Shown: positions 18,054 to 28,534 of the stretch, in pieces
Position numbering within the stretch: the stretch's first letter is position 1
Layout: each line of letters opens with the position of its first letter
DNA from: an uncultured Acidobacteriaceae bacterium
GTDB taxonomy: Bacteria; Acidobacteriota; Terriglobia; Terriglobales; Acidobacteriaceae
Assembly (NCBI GenBank): GCA_963791735.1
Contig: CAWBTR010000009.1
Location: forward strand, 51,765 to 115,764
DNA length: 64,000 nt
Direction: 5' to 3'
Made by a program: the position numbers and the translations under genes
Notes under the pieces: generated by a model
What the model was told of the DNA's origin: nothing
Database searches by the model: none
What the model saw: the letters and a program-made list of their open reading frames with translations, nothing else

Positions 18054-19397
18054 CTATCTTCCCACGGGCACCAAATTCGTGACCTTCAGCGTCGGGGGGA
18101 CCGCCCTTCGTTCCGCAACGAATTGAGTCGCAAGCAATAGGGGGCACCACAACATCGGCATAGTTAAATCTGCGACGCTGATTCCTATATTCACAAGGAA
18201 CGCCAATACGGCCCATCTAAACCACTCGTACTCCTTAGGAAGATTAGCGAGCAATTTGAAGTAGAACACCCCATAAGCTAGAGTGCCCGCAACGCCCACG
18301 TTGCTAAAAAGTGTCGAGAGAAAACTCGATGTTCGATTGCTGCCAAGCCCAACACCAATCCCATACGTTTGGAGCAGCAGTTGCAAAGAATATAGATCCG
18401 AAGCGGTGCGGTTGATGAAAGATCCCGACTCCCCTTTGGAAACGGTCACAGCAGTTAAGACTTCTCTATATCCTGAAGAAAAAAGCAAGACAAGTATCAA
18501 GGGCGCGGTAAACAGAAACAGTATCCACGCAATTCTCTTTGCCTGCCTGAGGTTGACATACCAGGGAAATCTGAAAGGAGAATAGCGAACTAGCAGCGCA
18601 AAGGGAGCGAGAATCAGCGCGAACAAGGAGGTCGTCGACGCAACCATTCCGCTTGCTACTAATGAGACGATCGCTCTCAGAGATCCACCCTTCCCGGCGA
18701 GGTATTGCGCAAGGAACCCGACACAATACAGCACTAGAAATGGCCCGGCAAGCGACGGTTCGGAAAATGTGCCTGGAACTCTCGTTCCATAGGCTTCCAT
18801 CCAGTTTTCCCAGAGCGCGTACCCTGGATTATTGAGCACGAGCCAAAGTGGAAATTCAATCCTCGCGAGTTGACAGAGAGATTCAGCAAAAACGAAAAAA
18901 ACTTCAATATAGAAGGCCAGCAGATACGCCTTACGGGTCTTCTCAGCAGAAAACTTGATAGAAAATAGAGCGAAGGCGGTGGCAACGTGCAATGCTAGGT
19001 AAACCGCTTGGATCACGTTGTTCAAGCCAAACTGAAGTGGTGGCCGATTGAAGAGGCCGGCATCGATACCAATTTTCGGGTCATAGATCGGAACTCCAGC
19101 GAAGATGACCGGAAAAACGAACGCTGAAGTGACTCCGATAGCTCCAAAGATCAGCAGCCACTTCCCTTGTGGCATCTTTCTGTTTAACCGGAGTCCGAGC
19201 GACCGGTTGACAAGGGCCCGGGCGATGACGAATGCGGCAACTACGAAATAAGGCTGGATCCCCCTCTGACCAATGTTTATTGCAGACGCCGCCTCGAACG
19301 TGCTCGCGACAAGCAGCAGACCGAACAGAATCTCTTCCTTGTAAAGGAAACAATAGGCTCCGCAACAGAAAAAGATGACGCCTATGATGGTTGGCAT
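18054..19397 (-). CDS. Wzy-like polymerase / O-antigen-ligase-like polytopic membrane protein
   Basis: About 10-12 hydrophobic segments, one larger loop (SKGESGSFINRTASD) and no soluble domains. It sits among GT genes and a flippase gene. The call rests on context and topology only. Confidence 0.5.
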   Translation of the reverse strand: MPTIIGVIFFCCGAYCFLYKEEILFGLLLVASTFEAASAINIGQRGIQPYFVVAAFVIARALVNRSLGLRLNRKMPQGKWLLIFGAIGVTSAFVFPVIFAGVPIYDPKIGIDAGLFNRPPLQFGLNNVIQAVYLALHVATAFALFSIKFSAEKTRKAYLLAFYIEVFFVFAESLCQLARIEFPLWLVLNNPGYALWENWMEAYGTRVPGTFSEPSLAGPFLVLYCVGFLAQYLAGKGGSLRAIVSLVASGMVASTTSLFALILAPFALLVRYSPFRFPWYVNLRQAKRIAWILFLFTAPLILVLLFSSGYREVLTAVTVSKGESGSFINRTASDLYSLQLLLQTYGIGVGLGSNRTSSFLSTLFSNVGVAGTLAYGVFYFKLLANLPKEYEWFRWAVLAFLVNIGISVADLTMPMLWCPLLLATQFVAERRAVPPTLKVTNLVPVGR

Positions 19398-19443
19398 TTG
19401 TTGTGAGTCTACTAAAGTCGACTACGAACAATCGAGGGCACGT

Positions 19444-20361
19444 TCATCGTTGCACGCCCCGACCCTGTAAATCGTTCCTTGGAATATGAAACGCTTCGTT
19501 GATCGCGTTCTGTTTCATTTTGAACGTGGCGAAGTTATCTTTCGAAGAGAGCAGGTTCGCCAAATAGTACAGCCGATGCCCGAGGATCCAAAAACTTGCC
19601 GTGAACCGGCCAAAATGTTTCAGTGCGAAAAATGCATGGTTTCGCGCTCCATATCGAATAGAGAATGGAGAATCCGCTCCCCCAGTGAGGCGACCGACTT
19701 TATGAAATAGTCTGGTATCCGCCGTATAGAAGAGCGTGGCTCCTGCCTTCAAGGCCCTGTACATGAAGTCCGTGTCATCAGCGTAAGCAAAATAACGGGC
19801 ATCCATGAGGCCGACCTTTTCGAAAAGTTCGGTACGAATGAGGACGCAACACGTTGGAGTATAAGTGACCCGCCGAGAATCATCGAACTGACCTCGATCG
19901 ATTTCGCCCTTGCCGTAGTGCAGGGCGCGATATCCAAGTCGCGGCTGGAAGAATCCTCCGGCAGCCCAGATCCTATCCGGCTCGTCGAAGTAAAGCATCT
20001 TCGGACAGATCATATCGCATTGGTATCTCTCAAGATCCGAGACGAGGCCCGCGATCAGCGATTCGTCAAACTCGGTGTCATTGTTCAGCAGGAGAACGCT
20101 GGAACAACCTGCTTCAAGTGCCTGGCGGATTCCCTGGTTGTTTCCCTCCGCCACTCCGCGATTATCCGGATTCGCAACGACGACGATCCTGCCGTCGTCG
20201 CACGCCTGCAAAAGCTCGACACTCGCGTCATGGGAGGCGTTGTCAATCGCAAAGAGAAGAAAGTCTGTATGGGTCTGGGACAACATGCAGCGCAAGAAAT
20301 CCGGCAGGACGTCTGCGCTGTTATACGCCACAGTGACAACGCCGATACGCGCTCTAGTCAT
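19444..20361 (-). CDS. Family 2 glycosyltransferase (rhamnosyltransferase-like)
   Basis: IGVVTVAYNSADVLPDFLRCMLSQTHTDFLLFAIDNASHD, NRGVAEGNNQGI, ADDTDFMYR. It overlaps the upstream epimerase gene stop by 8 nt. Confidence 0.85.
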   Translation of the reverse strand: MTRARIGVVTVAYNSADVLPDFLRCMLSQTHTDFLLFAIDNASHDASVELLQACDDGRIVVVANPDNRGVAEGNNQGIRQALEAGCSSVLLLNNDTEFDESLIAGLVSDLERYQCDMICPKMLYFDEPDRIWAAGGFFQPRLGYRALHYGKGEIDRGQFDDSRRVTYTPTCCVLIRTELFEKVGLMDARYFAYADDTDFMYRALKAGATLFYTADTRLFHKVGRLTGGADSPFSIRYGARNHAFFALKHFGRFTASFWILGHRLYYLANLLSSKDNFATFKMKQNAINEAFHIPRNDLQGRGVQR

Positions 20362-21481
20362 GCAACATGCCTCGCTCTCTCATTTCTGACAGCGAGCGCT
20401 CGTAGTTGCGACCATATAGGTCCTGGGTAGTGGCCCATTCGAGGAATTCCTGAATCCCTTCTGAGAACTTGCACACAGGAACGAAATCTAGCATTTGTTG
20501 TAACCGGGTGGTGTCAGCGCAGGCGTGCCGGATATCGCCTTCGCGGAAAGAGCCCGGGAATGAAACTTGCGACTCACTCTGGAAGTAGTTCACGATCCCG
20601 TCAACCACTTCTGACACTGATACCGGAACACCCGTGCCAACATTCACCGCCGCCGCCCCCTCAAAAGGGACCTCGACGGAGCGGCAGATCGCTTCGACTA
20701 CGTCCGTAATATAGACAAAGTCGCGACTCTCCTTACCGTCCTCAAAAATATAGATAGGCTCGTTTGCTCTGGCTTGGCTGGAAAAGATGGCGAGAATGCC
20801 CGTGTAGGGATTCTTCAGTGACTGCCCTGGGCCATAAACATTCTGAAAGCGCAAAGCAATTGAGGGAATACTCATCGTCCGCGCGAAAAGAAGCGTCATC
20901 TGTTCCTGTACCTGCTTCGTAAGCCCATAAAATGACGAAGGCTGAAACGGAGCGCTTTCGGAGGTGGAGACAGAGGAGCAAGGGCACCCACAGGCTGGAC
21001 ACACCGGATCGTAAAAACCATTCGTCTTATCGAGACTCGAACGCGAACCAGGATACACGAGTCCATGCTCCTGGCACTCATAGGCCCCCTCCCCATATAC
21101 CGCGCGCGAGGAAGCTACCACGATGCGCTCCACCCCATGCCTTGGGCTCCTCGCGAGCAGATCGTAGAGTAGCGACGTTCCGGCCACGTTTACCTGTTCG
21201 TATTTTGTGATGTCGTACATGGATTGGCCGGTGCCGGTCTCCGCGGCCAAATTGACTATGGCTTCGTGGCCAGGCACGCTCGACGACCATATACTCGCGT
21301 CACGAACATCTCCGCGGACCAGACGCACCTCGCGTCGCAGGTCTGACGGCAACTCTGTATTATTGCCATGGATTTGTGGGCTGAAGTTGTCCAGCACGGC
21401 AACGGAATGTCCTCGTTGGAGAAGTGCTCGGGAGAGGTGTGTCCCAATGAAACCTGCTCCGCCGGTAATGAGGATATTCAT
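20354..21481 (-). CDS. NAD-dependent epimerase/dehydratase (extended SDR) with Cys-rich insertion
   Basis: Part of ORF 20354..21604, with start moved to ATG 21481 ([16 protein letters not shown], the GxxGxxG motif). The YxxxK motif is in SFYGLTK. An insertion, CQEHGLVYPGSRSSLDKTNGFYDPVCPACGCPC, precedes it. Confidence 0.85.
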   Translation of the reverse strand: MNILITGGAGFIGTHLSRALLQRGHSVAVLDNFSPQIHGNNTELPSDLRREVRLVRGDVRDASIWSSSVPGHEAIVNLAAETGTGQSMYDITKYEQVNVAGTSLLYDLLARSPRHGVERIVVASSRAVYGEGAYECQEHGLVYPGSRSSLDKTNGFYDPVCPACGCPCSSVSTSESAPFQPSSFYGLTKQVQEQMTLLFARTMSIPSIALRFQNVYGPGQSLKNPYTGILAIFSSQARANEPIYIFEDGKESRDFVYITDVVEAICRSVEVPFEGAAAVNVGTGVPVSVSEVVDGIVNYFQSESQVSFPGSFREGDIRHACADTTRLQQMLDFVPVCKFSEGIQEFLEWATTQDLYGRNYERSLSEMRERGMLHD

Positions 21482-21597
21482 GTGGACTATTCGTCGCCTC
21501 TGTCTGTCCTTTGTTTGTCTGATTATACGATCCGGGACAAACACATTCGACCACTTGGTGAGTGATATATACTTCTGGATCAGGGGTGGGAATTCGT

Positions 21598-22257
21598 ATG
21601 TCATTGATGGGAAAGATAGATGCCTTCCTCAAAACGCGCTTTCACGACAAGTTGAATACTATTCACAGTGCCCTATGTGCCCTGAAAGGGAGGTTCTATT
21701 ATCGCCATGTCTTTGGCAGCTTTGGCAAAGGATCCAAGCTATATAAGCCCATGCTACTTGCTAATCCAAGGTTTATCCATATTGGACGTGACGTCTCAAT
21801 TCGACAAGGTGCAAGAATCGAAGTAATTATCAGCGACGACCTGCGCACTCCGACAATGCAAATAGGAAACAATGTCAATATCGAGCAGAATGTTCACCTT
21901 GTCTGTCATTCGAGGCTGGTAATCGGCAGCAATGTTTCCATTACGGGGAACTGTGCCATTGTGGATGTGACTCATCCCTACGCGAACGTACATGACCCCA
22001 TAAAGATAGGAAGCCGTATCCTCAACGAGAATTCCTTCGTCGAGATTGGAGATGGCTGTTTTCTAGGCTCTGGTGCCTTGGTAATGCCAAATGTCCGCAT
22101 TGGAAAATACTGCGTCGTCGGCGCCCATTCAGTTGTGACGAAGGACGTTCCAGATTATTCAGTTGTGGCTGGCAACCCAGCCCTTCTTTTGCGACGCTAC
22201 GATCCCGAAAGCGATACTTGGAACGCTCTTCACGGGAATAATCGGGGCTTGATCTGA
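21598..22257 (+). CDS. Hexapeptide-repeat (LbH) O-acetyltransferase
   Basis: IGNNVNIEQNVHLVCHSRLVIGSNVSITGNCAIVD...IGDGCFLGSGALVMPNVRIGKYCVVGAHSVVTKDVPDYSVVAGNPA. Transcribed divergently from the epimerase gene. Start ATG 21598 is preferred over 21562. Confidence 0.8.
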   Translation: MSLMGKIDAFLKTRFHDKLNTIHSALCALKGRFYYRHVFGSFGKGSKLYKPMLLANPRFIHIGRDVSIRQGARIEVIISDDLRTPTMQIGNNVNIEQNVHLVCHSRLVIGSNVSITGNCAIVDVTHPYANVHDPIKIGSRILNENSFVEIGDGCFLGSGALVMPNVRIGKYCVVGAHSVVTKDVPDYSVVAGNPALLLRRYDPESDTWNALHGNNRGLI

Positions 22258-22383
22258 ACGCCTTATCTTAGACAACAACACTCAACGTAGGGTCAATGGA
22301 GACTATCTGGGGATTTCGTTTTCTGCCTCAAAGGCGGACACCTACAAGCCTTCGTCCCATCCAACATCGCCGCTCACGTCGTC

Positions 22384-23274
22384 TTATTCTAAAGTCCAGT
22401 GTTGCGATTTCCATGCATCGGCAATACCGGCGAGCACGCCTTTGAGCGTAGTCCAATCTCTCTTCCGAACTTTATTGAGCACTACTGCGATACAGAATAA
22501 AGCCTGTGTGATACTCGGAAAACGAGAATACTTGTACATGAAGCGCAGTACCGAGCCGATCGTATATCGGGTGCGTAAAGGATCCAGCGCTCCCAGCGAA
22601 GCGCCTTCCTTGTGTAACACAGCGGTATCCTCCGCCACCACCAAGCTCCATCCTGCGTTGTAAATCCGAAAACTCAAATCCGAATCTTCGTAGTACATGA
22701 AGAAACCCTCATCCAGCAGGCCGACTTGCATGAGCGTTTCGCGGCGCAGGAGTACGCTCGCAGCCATCAATGCTGTGTTCTTACCGAATTTGCGTGGAGT
22801 TGTGACTAATCGGGCGCGATAAAAAGACCAGGGGAACAAGACCGCTCCTCCCCATGCCTGCACCGTCCCTGGTGAATTCAGATGACGCAACACGGTACCA
22901 ACTTCGCCAGCTCGTGGCTCCGCGGTGGCTTTTGCTACCAATTTGGTGACTGTATCGGGGGGAGCAACGGTATCACTATTTAGCAACCAAACATAATCAG
23001 CACCGTTTTCTAATGCCAGACTAATACCGGCGTCATTGCTGCTGGAAAATCCTAAGTTCGCCCCCGTTTCTAAAAGTTGTATGAATGGATAATTCTGCTT
23101 GATCCTGGCTACGGAGTCGTTTTGGGAACAGTTGTCAACAACAACAACAACTAAGCTGGGATAATCCTGAAGCATTAGAGATGCGAGACAAGCAAGGGTG
23201 TCTTGCCAACCGTTCCAGTTAAGTACTACGCAGTAAACCAAGGGCATCCTTACCATGGCCGTTTGATTCGACAT
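22384..23274 (-). CDS. Family 2 glycosyltransferase
   Basis: VYCVVLNWNGWQDTLACLASLMLQDYPSLVVVVVDNCSQNDS, NLGFSSSNDAGI, YEDSDLSFR. Confidence 0.85.
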   Translation of the reverse strand: MSNQTAMVRMPLVYCVVLNWNGWQDTLACLASLMLQDYPSLVVVVVDNCSQNDSVARIKQNYPFIQLLETGANLGFSSSNDAGISLALENGADYVWLLNSDTVAPPDTVTKLVAKATAEPRAGEVGTVLRHLNSPGTVQAWGGAVLFPWSFYRARLVTTPRKFGKNTALMAASVLLRRETLMQVGLLDEGFFMYYEDSDLSFRIYNAGWSLVVAEDTAVLHKEGASLGALDPLRTRYTIGSVLRFMYKYSRFPSITQALFCIAVVLNKVRKRDWTTLKGVLAGIADAWKSQHWTLE

Positions 23275-23310
23275 TCATTTGCTTTCTGCGGAATAAGATC
23301 TACATCGATC

Positions 23311-23342
23311 GATTTATTGAATATCCGATTTATTGAATATCC
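23311..23342. repeat. Perfect 16-bp tandem duplication (gatttattgaatatcc x2) in an AT-rich intergenic spacer
   Basis: Read directly: 23311-23326 equals 23327-23342. It lies 37 nt upstream of the GT2 start at 23274 and just downstream of the methyltransferase stop at 23360. Confidence 0.9.
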
Positions 23343-23359
23343 AAATTTTTACCAAGGGT

Positions 23360-24292
23360 TCAAGATTTTTGAATTTGACCCAAGACAACCTCTTTTTGTT
23401 TCCGGGCAATTATCTTGATGACGTCGCCTTGACCTATAAAGTCGAGGATTCGTGTCATGGTGGTTGCTCCGAACATCAAAATACGACTCTTTATGAGCCA
23501 TCCATCACTCGACTTTTTTTCACTGTTACGGTTCACGTATATCTGCAGACTACCTAACAAACTTGCAAAATTCGAATTGAAATAGACCTTATCAATCACA
23601 AAGCCCGACTGCTGCATGAGCGCAGAGATAGTGGAAGCACTATAACTATAGAGGTGCACGGGAACTGCCAGGTGCCACCAGTATTTGCCAAATATTCGAT
23701 AGGGCAAACCATCTATATTAGGTATTCCGATATATAGCTTGCCATCAGGTTTTAGAATGCGAAAGATTTCGTCAAGCGTCTCTACGGGATTTGGTACATG
23801 CTCGAAGGAGTGATTTGATCGCACATAATCAAAAGACCCGGTCGCAAACTTCGCCTCTTGCAACGTCCCATGGAAAATATCAAATCCGGAACTGCGCCCT
23901 TCTTCTGCCCCGAACGCGCTTGGCTCCACGCCGTGCACGCTCCATCCTCTCGCGCTCATTTTGTGCAGGTAGTCACCACTTCCGCAGCCAATATCCAAGA
24001 ATTCGCCTGGTTGCGGAAACGCAGGGTCGTGAGTTTTTATCGTAATCCCGAGCAATCGCCTGATTAGGCGTTTAAACTTCCTAGGCCTTTCTACGGGTTG
24101 ATAGGCATAGTAGTCCCTTGAATAGAAATCAGCTATTTCATCAGTAGTGGGGATTGGATCCAAATGAACTAGGCCACAGCCGACACACCGCACAAGGTCA
24201 AATTGTCCGGAAATTCCATAATGATAGTCTCGAGTCCTGAGGCATGGACGAGTATCAAGCGACCTACAAACGATACACGGTGTTGGGGGCAT
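23360..24292 (-). CDS. Class I SAM-dependent methyltransferase with N-terminal CxxC...CxxC zinc-ribbon
   Basis: CIVCRS...CVGCGLVHLDP, then FLDIGCGSGDYLHKMSARGW (motif I) and LKPDGKLYIGIPN. Confidence 0.75.
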   Translation of the reverse strand: MPPTPCIVCRSLDTRPCLRTRDYHYGISGQFDLVRCVGCGLVHLDPIPTTDEIADFYSRDYYAYQPVERPRKFKRLIRRLLGITIKTHDPAFPQPGEFLDIGCGSGDYLHKMSARGWSVHGVEPSAFGAEEGRSSGFDIFHGTLQEAKFATGSFDYVRSNHSFEHVPNPVETLDEIFRILKPDGKLYIGIPNIDGLPYRIFGKYWWHLAVPVHLYSYSASTISALMQQSGFVIDKVYFNSNFASLLGSLQIYVNRNSEKKSSDGWLIKSRILMFGATTMTRILDFIGQGDVIKIIARKQKEVVLGQIQKS

Positions 24293-24402
24293 CTGAGAAA
24301 ATTATATCCGAAAGACGAGGGGTGAAGGGACACGCTGAAAGCTGATCACGGCACGGCCAGCGACAATGTCACGAGCAGCCCGCCGAAATTCGAGATCGAT
24401 TC

Positions 24403-25932
24403 TTAGTTGTGCCATGGGACCCGCCGATCTTCAAGGGGAATCGGCACTGTCCTCAAACTTCTGAATTGGCCTGCGGCTACAGCGGTTGTATATAGAACGC
24501 ATAATGTAACGGCAATCGTTGACACAGAGCGGTGCAGCGAAACAATCACATAACAGATAACAGGACTGAGGAATAATGTTGGTTTAAGTGTCGTCGTCCA
24601 AATAAACGCTTTGCGATCTATCGGAATCAGGCGTGCCCACCGCATCGTAAACAAAAGCATCCAGACAACACCAATGATAGCTCCTGCGAGAGTGCCCCAG
24701 GCAACTCCAATTGGACCAAGCAGTATTATTCCTAATAGGCTGCAGACGAGATTTCCGACACCTTCAGCAACGGCTCCCGAGATAGCGAAGCGTAGCTGGC
24801 CCGTGGCGGCCAGAACCGTACTGTATGGATTGCTAATCATACGGATCGCTTGTCCGAGCATCAGTAATTCAAGAATGGGAAGAGCCTTTTTTTCGTAAAC
24901 AGGCCCCACCCAAGCCCTCAGAATTACGTTGCCCGCAAGGAAAGCCAATGCAGTAAAAAGTAGATTCGCGTAGGTATTCAAAGAAGTCGCTAAGAACAGT
25001 ACATCGTTAATCCGTTTCAATTCCCCTCGAGCTTGCAAAACCGCAACAGGAGTCAGCAGAGCGCTGACTACCGAAGTGTTCAACCCGACAAAGAATGCAA
25101 TGAGTGTTACAGACACGGCGTAATAGCCAACTGCGTCAAAATTGAAGTGCCCTACAATGGTCACGTCTACGCCGCTGATAAGCAGCATGGCAAACGTGAG
25201 GACCGTCAATGCGTAGCAGTAGTTCGCCAGTTCACGCACCATCGGAAAAGTGATCTTCGAAAATGACACACGCATGCCCGTCAGCAATGCCTTGGCTATC
25301 AAATATTGGATCAACCACCCCATGAAGTTTGTGACGGCAAGGCAAAGCGCAAGCCACGCAAGCGAATGGGTGTACCGCACTGTGACAAGCACACCCAGAG
25401 CGGAAAGGATTCGTGTGCCGCCAATAGCTAGTGCGGGGAATTCATTGCGATGCAGACCAACCAGCACACCAGTGAAGGTGGACATCGGCAATCCTAGCGC
25501 TGCGCTGACTGCCATGAACATCAGGCCTAGTCTCAAATCTCCGACCAAGGCAGATGGGATCCCCTGAAATATTCTTGGCAAGAAGAAAATAACGATACCG
25601 ATGACCGACAAAGCGATCACACCCGCTATCGCCAACATGGCAAAGGCTGTACTAATCAATCGGTCACGCTGCTGGTCGTCGTCACGCTCGATTGCTTGTG
25701 CCAGATAGCGGGCCACGGCGAACTGCACGCCAAAATCGAGATATGACGCAAACGCCGCAATTTGCAGCATCAAAGCCCAGGCGGCGAAGCGATCGTGATC
25801 CAGCGCTTGCGTCAGAAAGTGCGGCAGCACCACTGCCACCATTCCGCTAGCTCCGCCTCGAACGATATTCGCCAGCGCGTTCTTGATCACGGTATGGCCG
25901 AGGCGTTTCACATCTGCTCCAAAAGTTTGCAC
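24403..25932 (-). CDS. wzx: Wzx-type oligosaccharide flippase (MOP superfamily)
   Basis: 509 aa with about 12-14 hydrophobic segments. The N-terminus IKNALANIVRGGASGMVAVVLPHFLTQALDHDRFAAWALMLQIAAFASYLDFG is typical of polysaccharide biosynthesis flippases. Confidence 0.8.
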   Translation of the reverse strand: MQTFGADVKRLGHTVIKNALANIVRGGASGMVAVVLPHFLTQALDHDRFAAWALMLQIAAFASYLDFGVQFAVARYLAQAIERDDDQQRDRLISTAFAMLAIAGVIALSVIGIVIFFLPRIFQGIPSALVGDLRLGLMFMAVSAALGLPMSTFTGVLVGLHRNEFPALAIGGTRILSALGVLVTVRYTHSLAWLALCLAVTNFMGWLIQYLIAKALLTGMRVSFSKITFPMVRELANYCYALTVLTFAMLLISGVDVTIVGHFNFDAVGYYAVSVTLIAFFVGLNTSVVSALLTPVAVLQARGELKRINDVLFLATSLNTYANLLFTALAFLAGNVILRAWVGPVYEKKALPILELLMLGQAIRMISNPYSTVLAATGQLRFAISGAVAEGVGNLVCSLLGIILLGPIGVAWGTLAGAIIGVVWMLLFTMRWARLIPIDRKAFIWTTTLKPTLFLSPVICYVIVSLHRSVSTIAVTLCVLYTTAVAAGQFRSLRTVPIPLEDRRVPWHN

Positions 25933-26014
25933 ACCAAGAATCGGGCCGCTGAGTTATGCCTCTTCCGCCTCGCCAAAGCACCAGCGTTGCGTGCTATCGA
26001 AATCCTAAATTGGT

Positions 26015-26472
26015 GAAAGCGATTGTTCGAGCGCGAATCAGGATACACGAGTCCATGTTCCCGGCACTTATGAGCCCCCTCCCCATCTATCGCGCGCGAG
26101 GAAGCTACTACGATGCGCTCCACCCCATGCCTAGCGCTCCTCGCAAGCAAATCGTAGAGTAGCGACGTTCCGGCCACGTTTACCTGTTCGTATTTTGTGA
26201 TGTCATACATGGATTGGCCGGGTGCCGGTCTCCGCGGCCAAATTGACTACGGCTTTGTGGCCAGGCACGCTAGACGCCCATACACTCGCGTCACGAACAT
26301 CTCCGCGGACCAGACGCACTTCGTCTCGCAGGCCTGACGGCAACTCTGTATTATTGCCATGGAATTGCGGGCTGAAGTCATCCAGCACAGTAACGGAATG
26401 TCCTCGTTGTAGAAATGCTCGAAAGAGGTTTGTTCCAATAAAACCCGCTCCACCTGTAATCAGTACATTCAA
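26015..26472 (-). pseudogene. Truncated, frameshifted duplicate of the 5' ~40% of the epimerase gene at 20354..21481
   Basis: Nucleotides 26037-26472 align collinearly with 21045-21481 at roughly 90% identity by eye. The start codon is changed to TTG. There is one extra G (ggccgggtgccgg versus ggccggtgccgg, near 26216-26228), so the reading is split between ORFs 26203..26472 and 25908..26210. Similarity stops near 26015, so the C-terminal ~225 codons are missing. Confidence 0.75.
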
Positions 26473-26601
26473 GTCGCTTGGGATTCCTTGCTAATCCAAT
26501 ATGAACGAATAGCTGGTAAAAAGCGTAATTCCATCCTGGACCCAGCACGGCGCACGTCCGACGAAACGGGCCAGACCCCACACTCCAAAGCCGGAGTTAT
26601 T

Positions 26602-28184
26602 TCAATAATATACCACTCTCAAGCAGGGTACTCGGCGCGTCCCCAACTGGGGAAAACGGGCTACCGATCCTACTTTGTTGGGGTCCGGTGGGCAGATCCT
26701 CCGATTACGCCACGGAGGACTTGCCACGGCTTTTGGAATACCAACTCCAAGTGTCGCAGTCGATACGACACAGATTCCGAGGCTTATCCAATAAGCCGAA
26801 GGCCTGAGATAGCCTTGGACCAGCCAGGGCGTTGCAAAGGGCAAGCATGGGATCACGCCGGGGAGCACCGCATTGATTAGAAAGTCCCTCAAAACAAAGC
26901 GAACGCCGGTAGCCGAGGCATCGTGCGTGTAAGAACCGACAGTATTCCGAAGATCGCGCCCACCAATGTGCCCCAGGCTACTCCAACCGGGCCAAAAAGC
27001 TTCATCCCGACGACGCTCGCGAGCAGATTCACAATCGCTTCGCAGATCGTCGGGCTTATCGCCCGGTGTTGCTCGCCGACACTGACGAGCATTACAGAAA
27101 AGGGCGCACACATCAAGTGAATTGTTTGCGCGAGTGCTAGGACCTTCAGAATAGGTAATGCACTATCAGCATAAGCTGGGCAACCATAGTCGAAGCACCG
27201 ATCCTCCCCACAAGAAGATGGCTGCCGTCAAGCAAAGATTGGCGAACCTGGTCATACGCGTCGCGACAAACACTATTTGTCGGATACGTTCGCTTCCGCC
27301 GCGTGCATGCAGCGCTGCTACAGGCGCCATGAGCGCACTAAGAACTGCATTACTCAGCCCGGCAAAGAACACGATGAGCATAGATGCGATGGAATAAAAA
27401 CCGACTGCGGAGAACTAAAAATGACCAACGATCGTCACATCCAGACCACTGATGATCAACATGCCGAACGACCAGACTGTCAGTCCAGCACAAAAACGAA
27501 GTAGCTCCGTCCCAATAACCCGGCTGATATGTCGCAAGCGCGCTCGGCCTTCGGCCATCAGTCCATGCACAGCCCACATTTGCAACAGTGCGCCGGGCAG
27601 GTTCGGACCTCCAAGACAGAGCGCCAGTATGGCAAGCGATTGGGTGTAATGGCATACAACAATCACTGCAAAAGCTCCGGCGAGACGACTCCCTCCGATC
27701 GCGAGGGCTGGAACTTCATTGCGGTGCATTCCGATCAGCACGCCCGTATAGGTCGAGAGCGGGAGGAGCAAACAGGCACCCAGGGAAAGCAGGAGAGCGC
27801 CATGCCGGAAGTCAGGAAGGAGATCGGAAGGGACACCTTCAAACAAATGGGGGAATTGCCTGATGATAATCGCTATTACGATGAAGGCAATTAGACCTGC
27901 CAGCGAGAGCAGGATCAAAGTCGTGCTGACCAGTTTTGCCAGCCTCTCCTTCTGTTCAAGCTCGACCGCCTGAGCAATGAACCTGGCAATCGCCGTTTGC
28001 AAACCAAATCAAGATAGCTGGCGTAGGCAGCAATTTGCAAAATTAGGGCCCACGCTGCAAAATGCTCTGGATCGAGCGAACGCACAAGGAAACGTGGCAG
28101 TAAGATGGCCACCGCTGCCGTTGCCCCGCCGCGCATCAAATTCGCTAGTCCGTTTTTGGTCACGGTAGAGCTCAACCCCTTCAT
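26602..28184 (-). pseudogene. Degraded second Wzx-type flippase gene (several frame breaks)
   Basis: ORF fragments 27915..28268, 27415..28002, 27166..27381, 26889..27116 and 26602..27111 are collinear with the intact flippase at 24403..25932. For example, MKGLSSTVTKNGLANLMRGGATAAVAILLPRFLVRSLDPEHFAAWALILQIAAYASYLDL matches its N-terminus, and FGPVGVAWGTLVGAIFGI matches LGPIGVAWGTLAGAIIGV. The fragments lie in different frames. Confidence 0.65.
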
Positions 28185-28534
28185 GGCAGGCCCCAACAGC
28201 GATACACGATAATCTCCATGGACGTTGGATGCCCAGACCAATTGAAGGCCTCTGACTGCGTCGGACAATTCGTCAAAGGGAAGATCACATAAATTGAGGA
28301 TATGGTGAAATCTTTCGCAAAAGCAATCGCCACAATAGAATGTCAGTGTTTACTCATCGATTTTGACGCCAACGTCAATTCTCCATATCGCGGTTAAAGC
28401 CAATATCGGCTGCCCTTATGCCATTCTTACGAGTGCGCCCGAGGGTAGAGGTAGGATATGAAGTACGCTTCACATTTTGCAGGACTAATTTTTTTTGCAT
28501 TTCTTAGTCGCTATTTGGCGCTATCGAGAACAGA

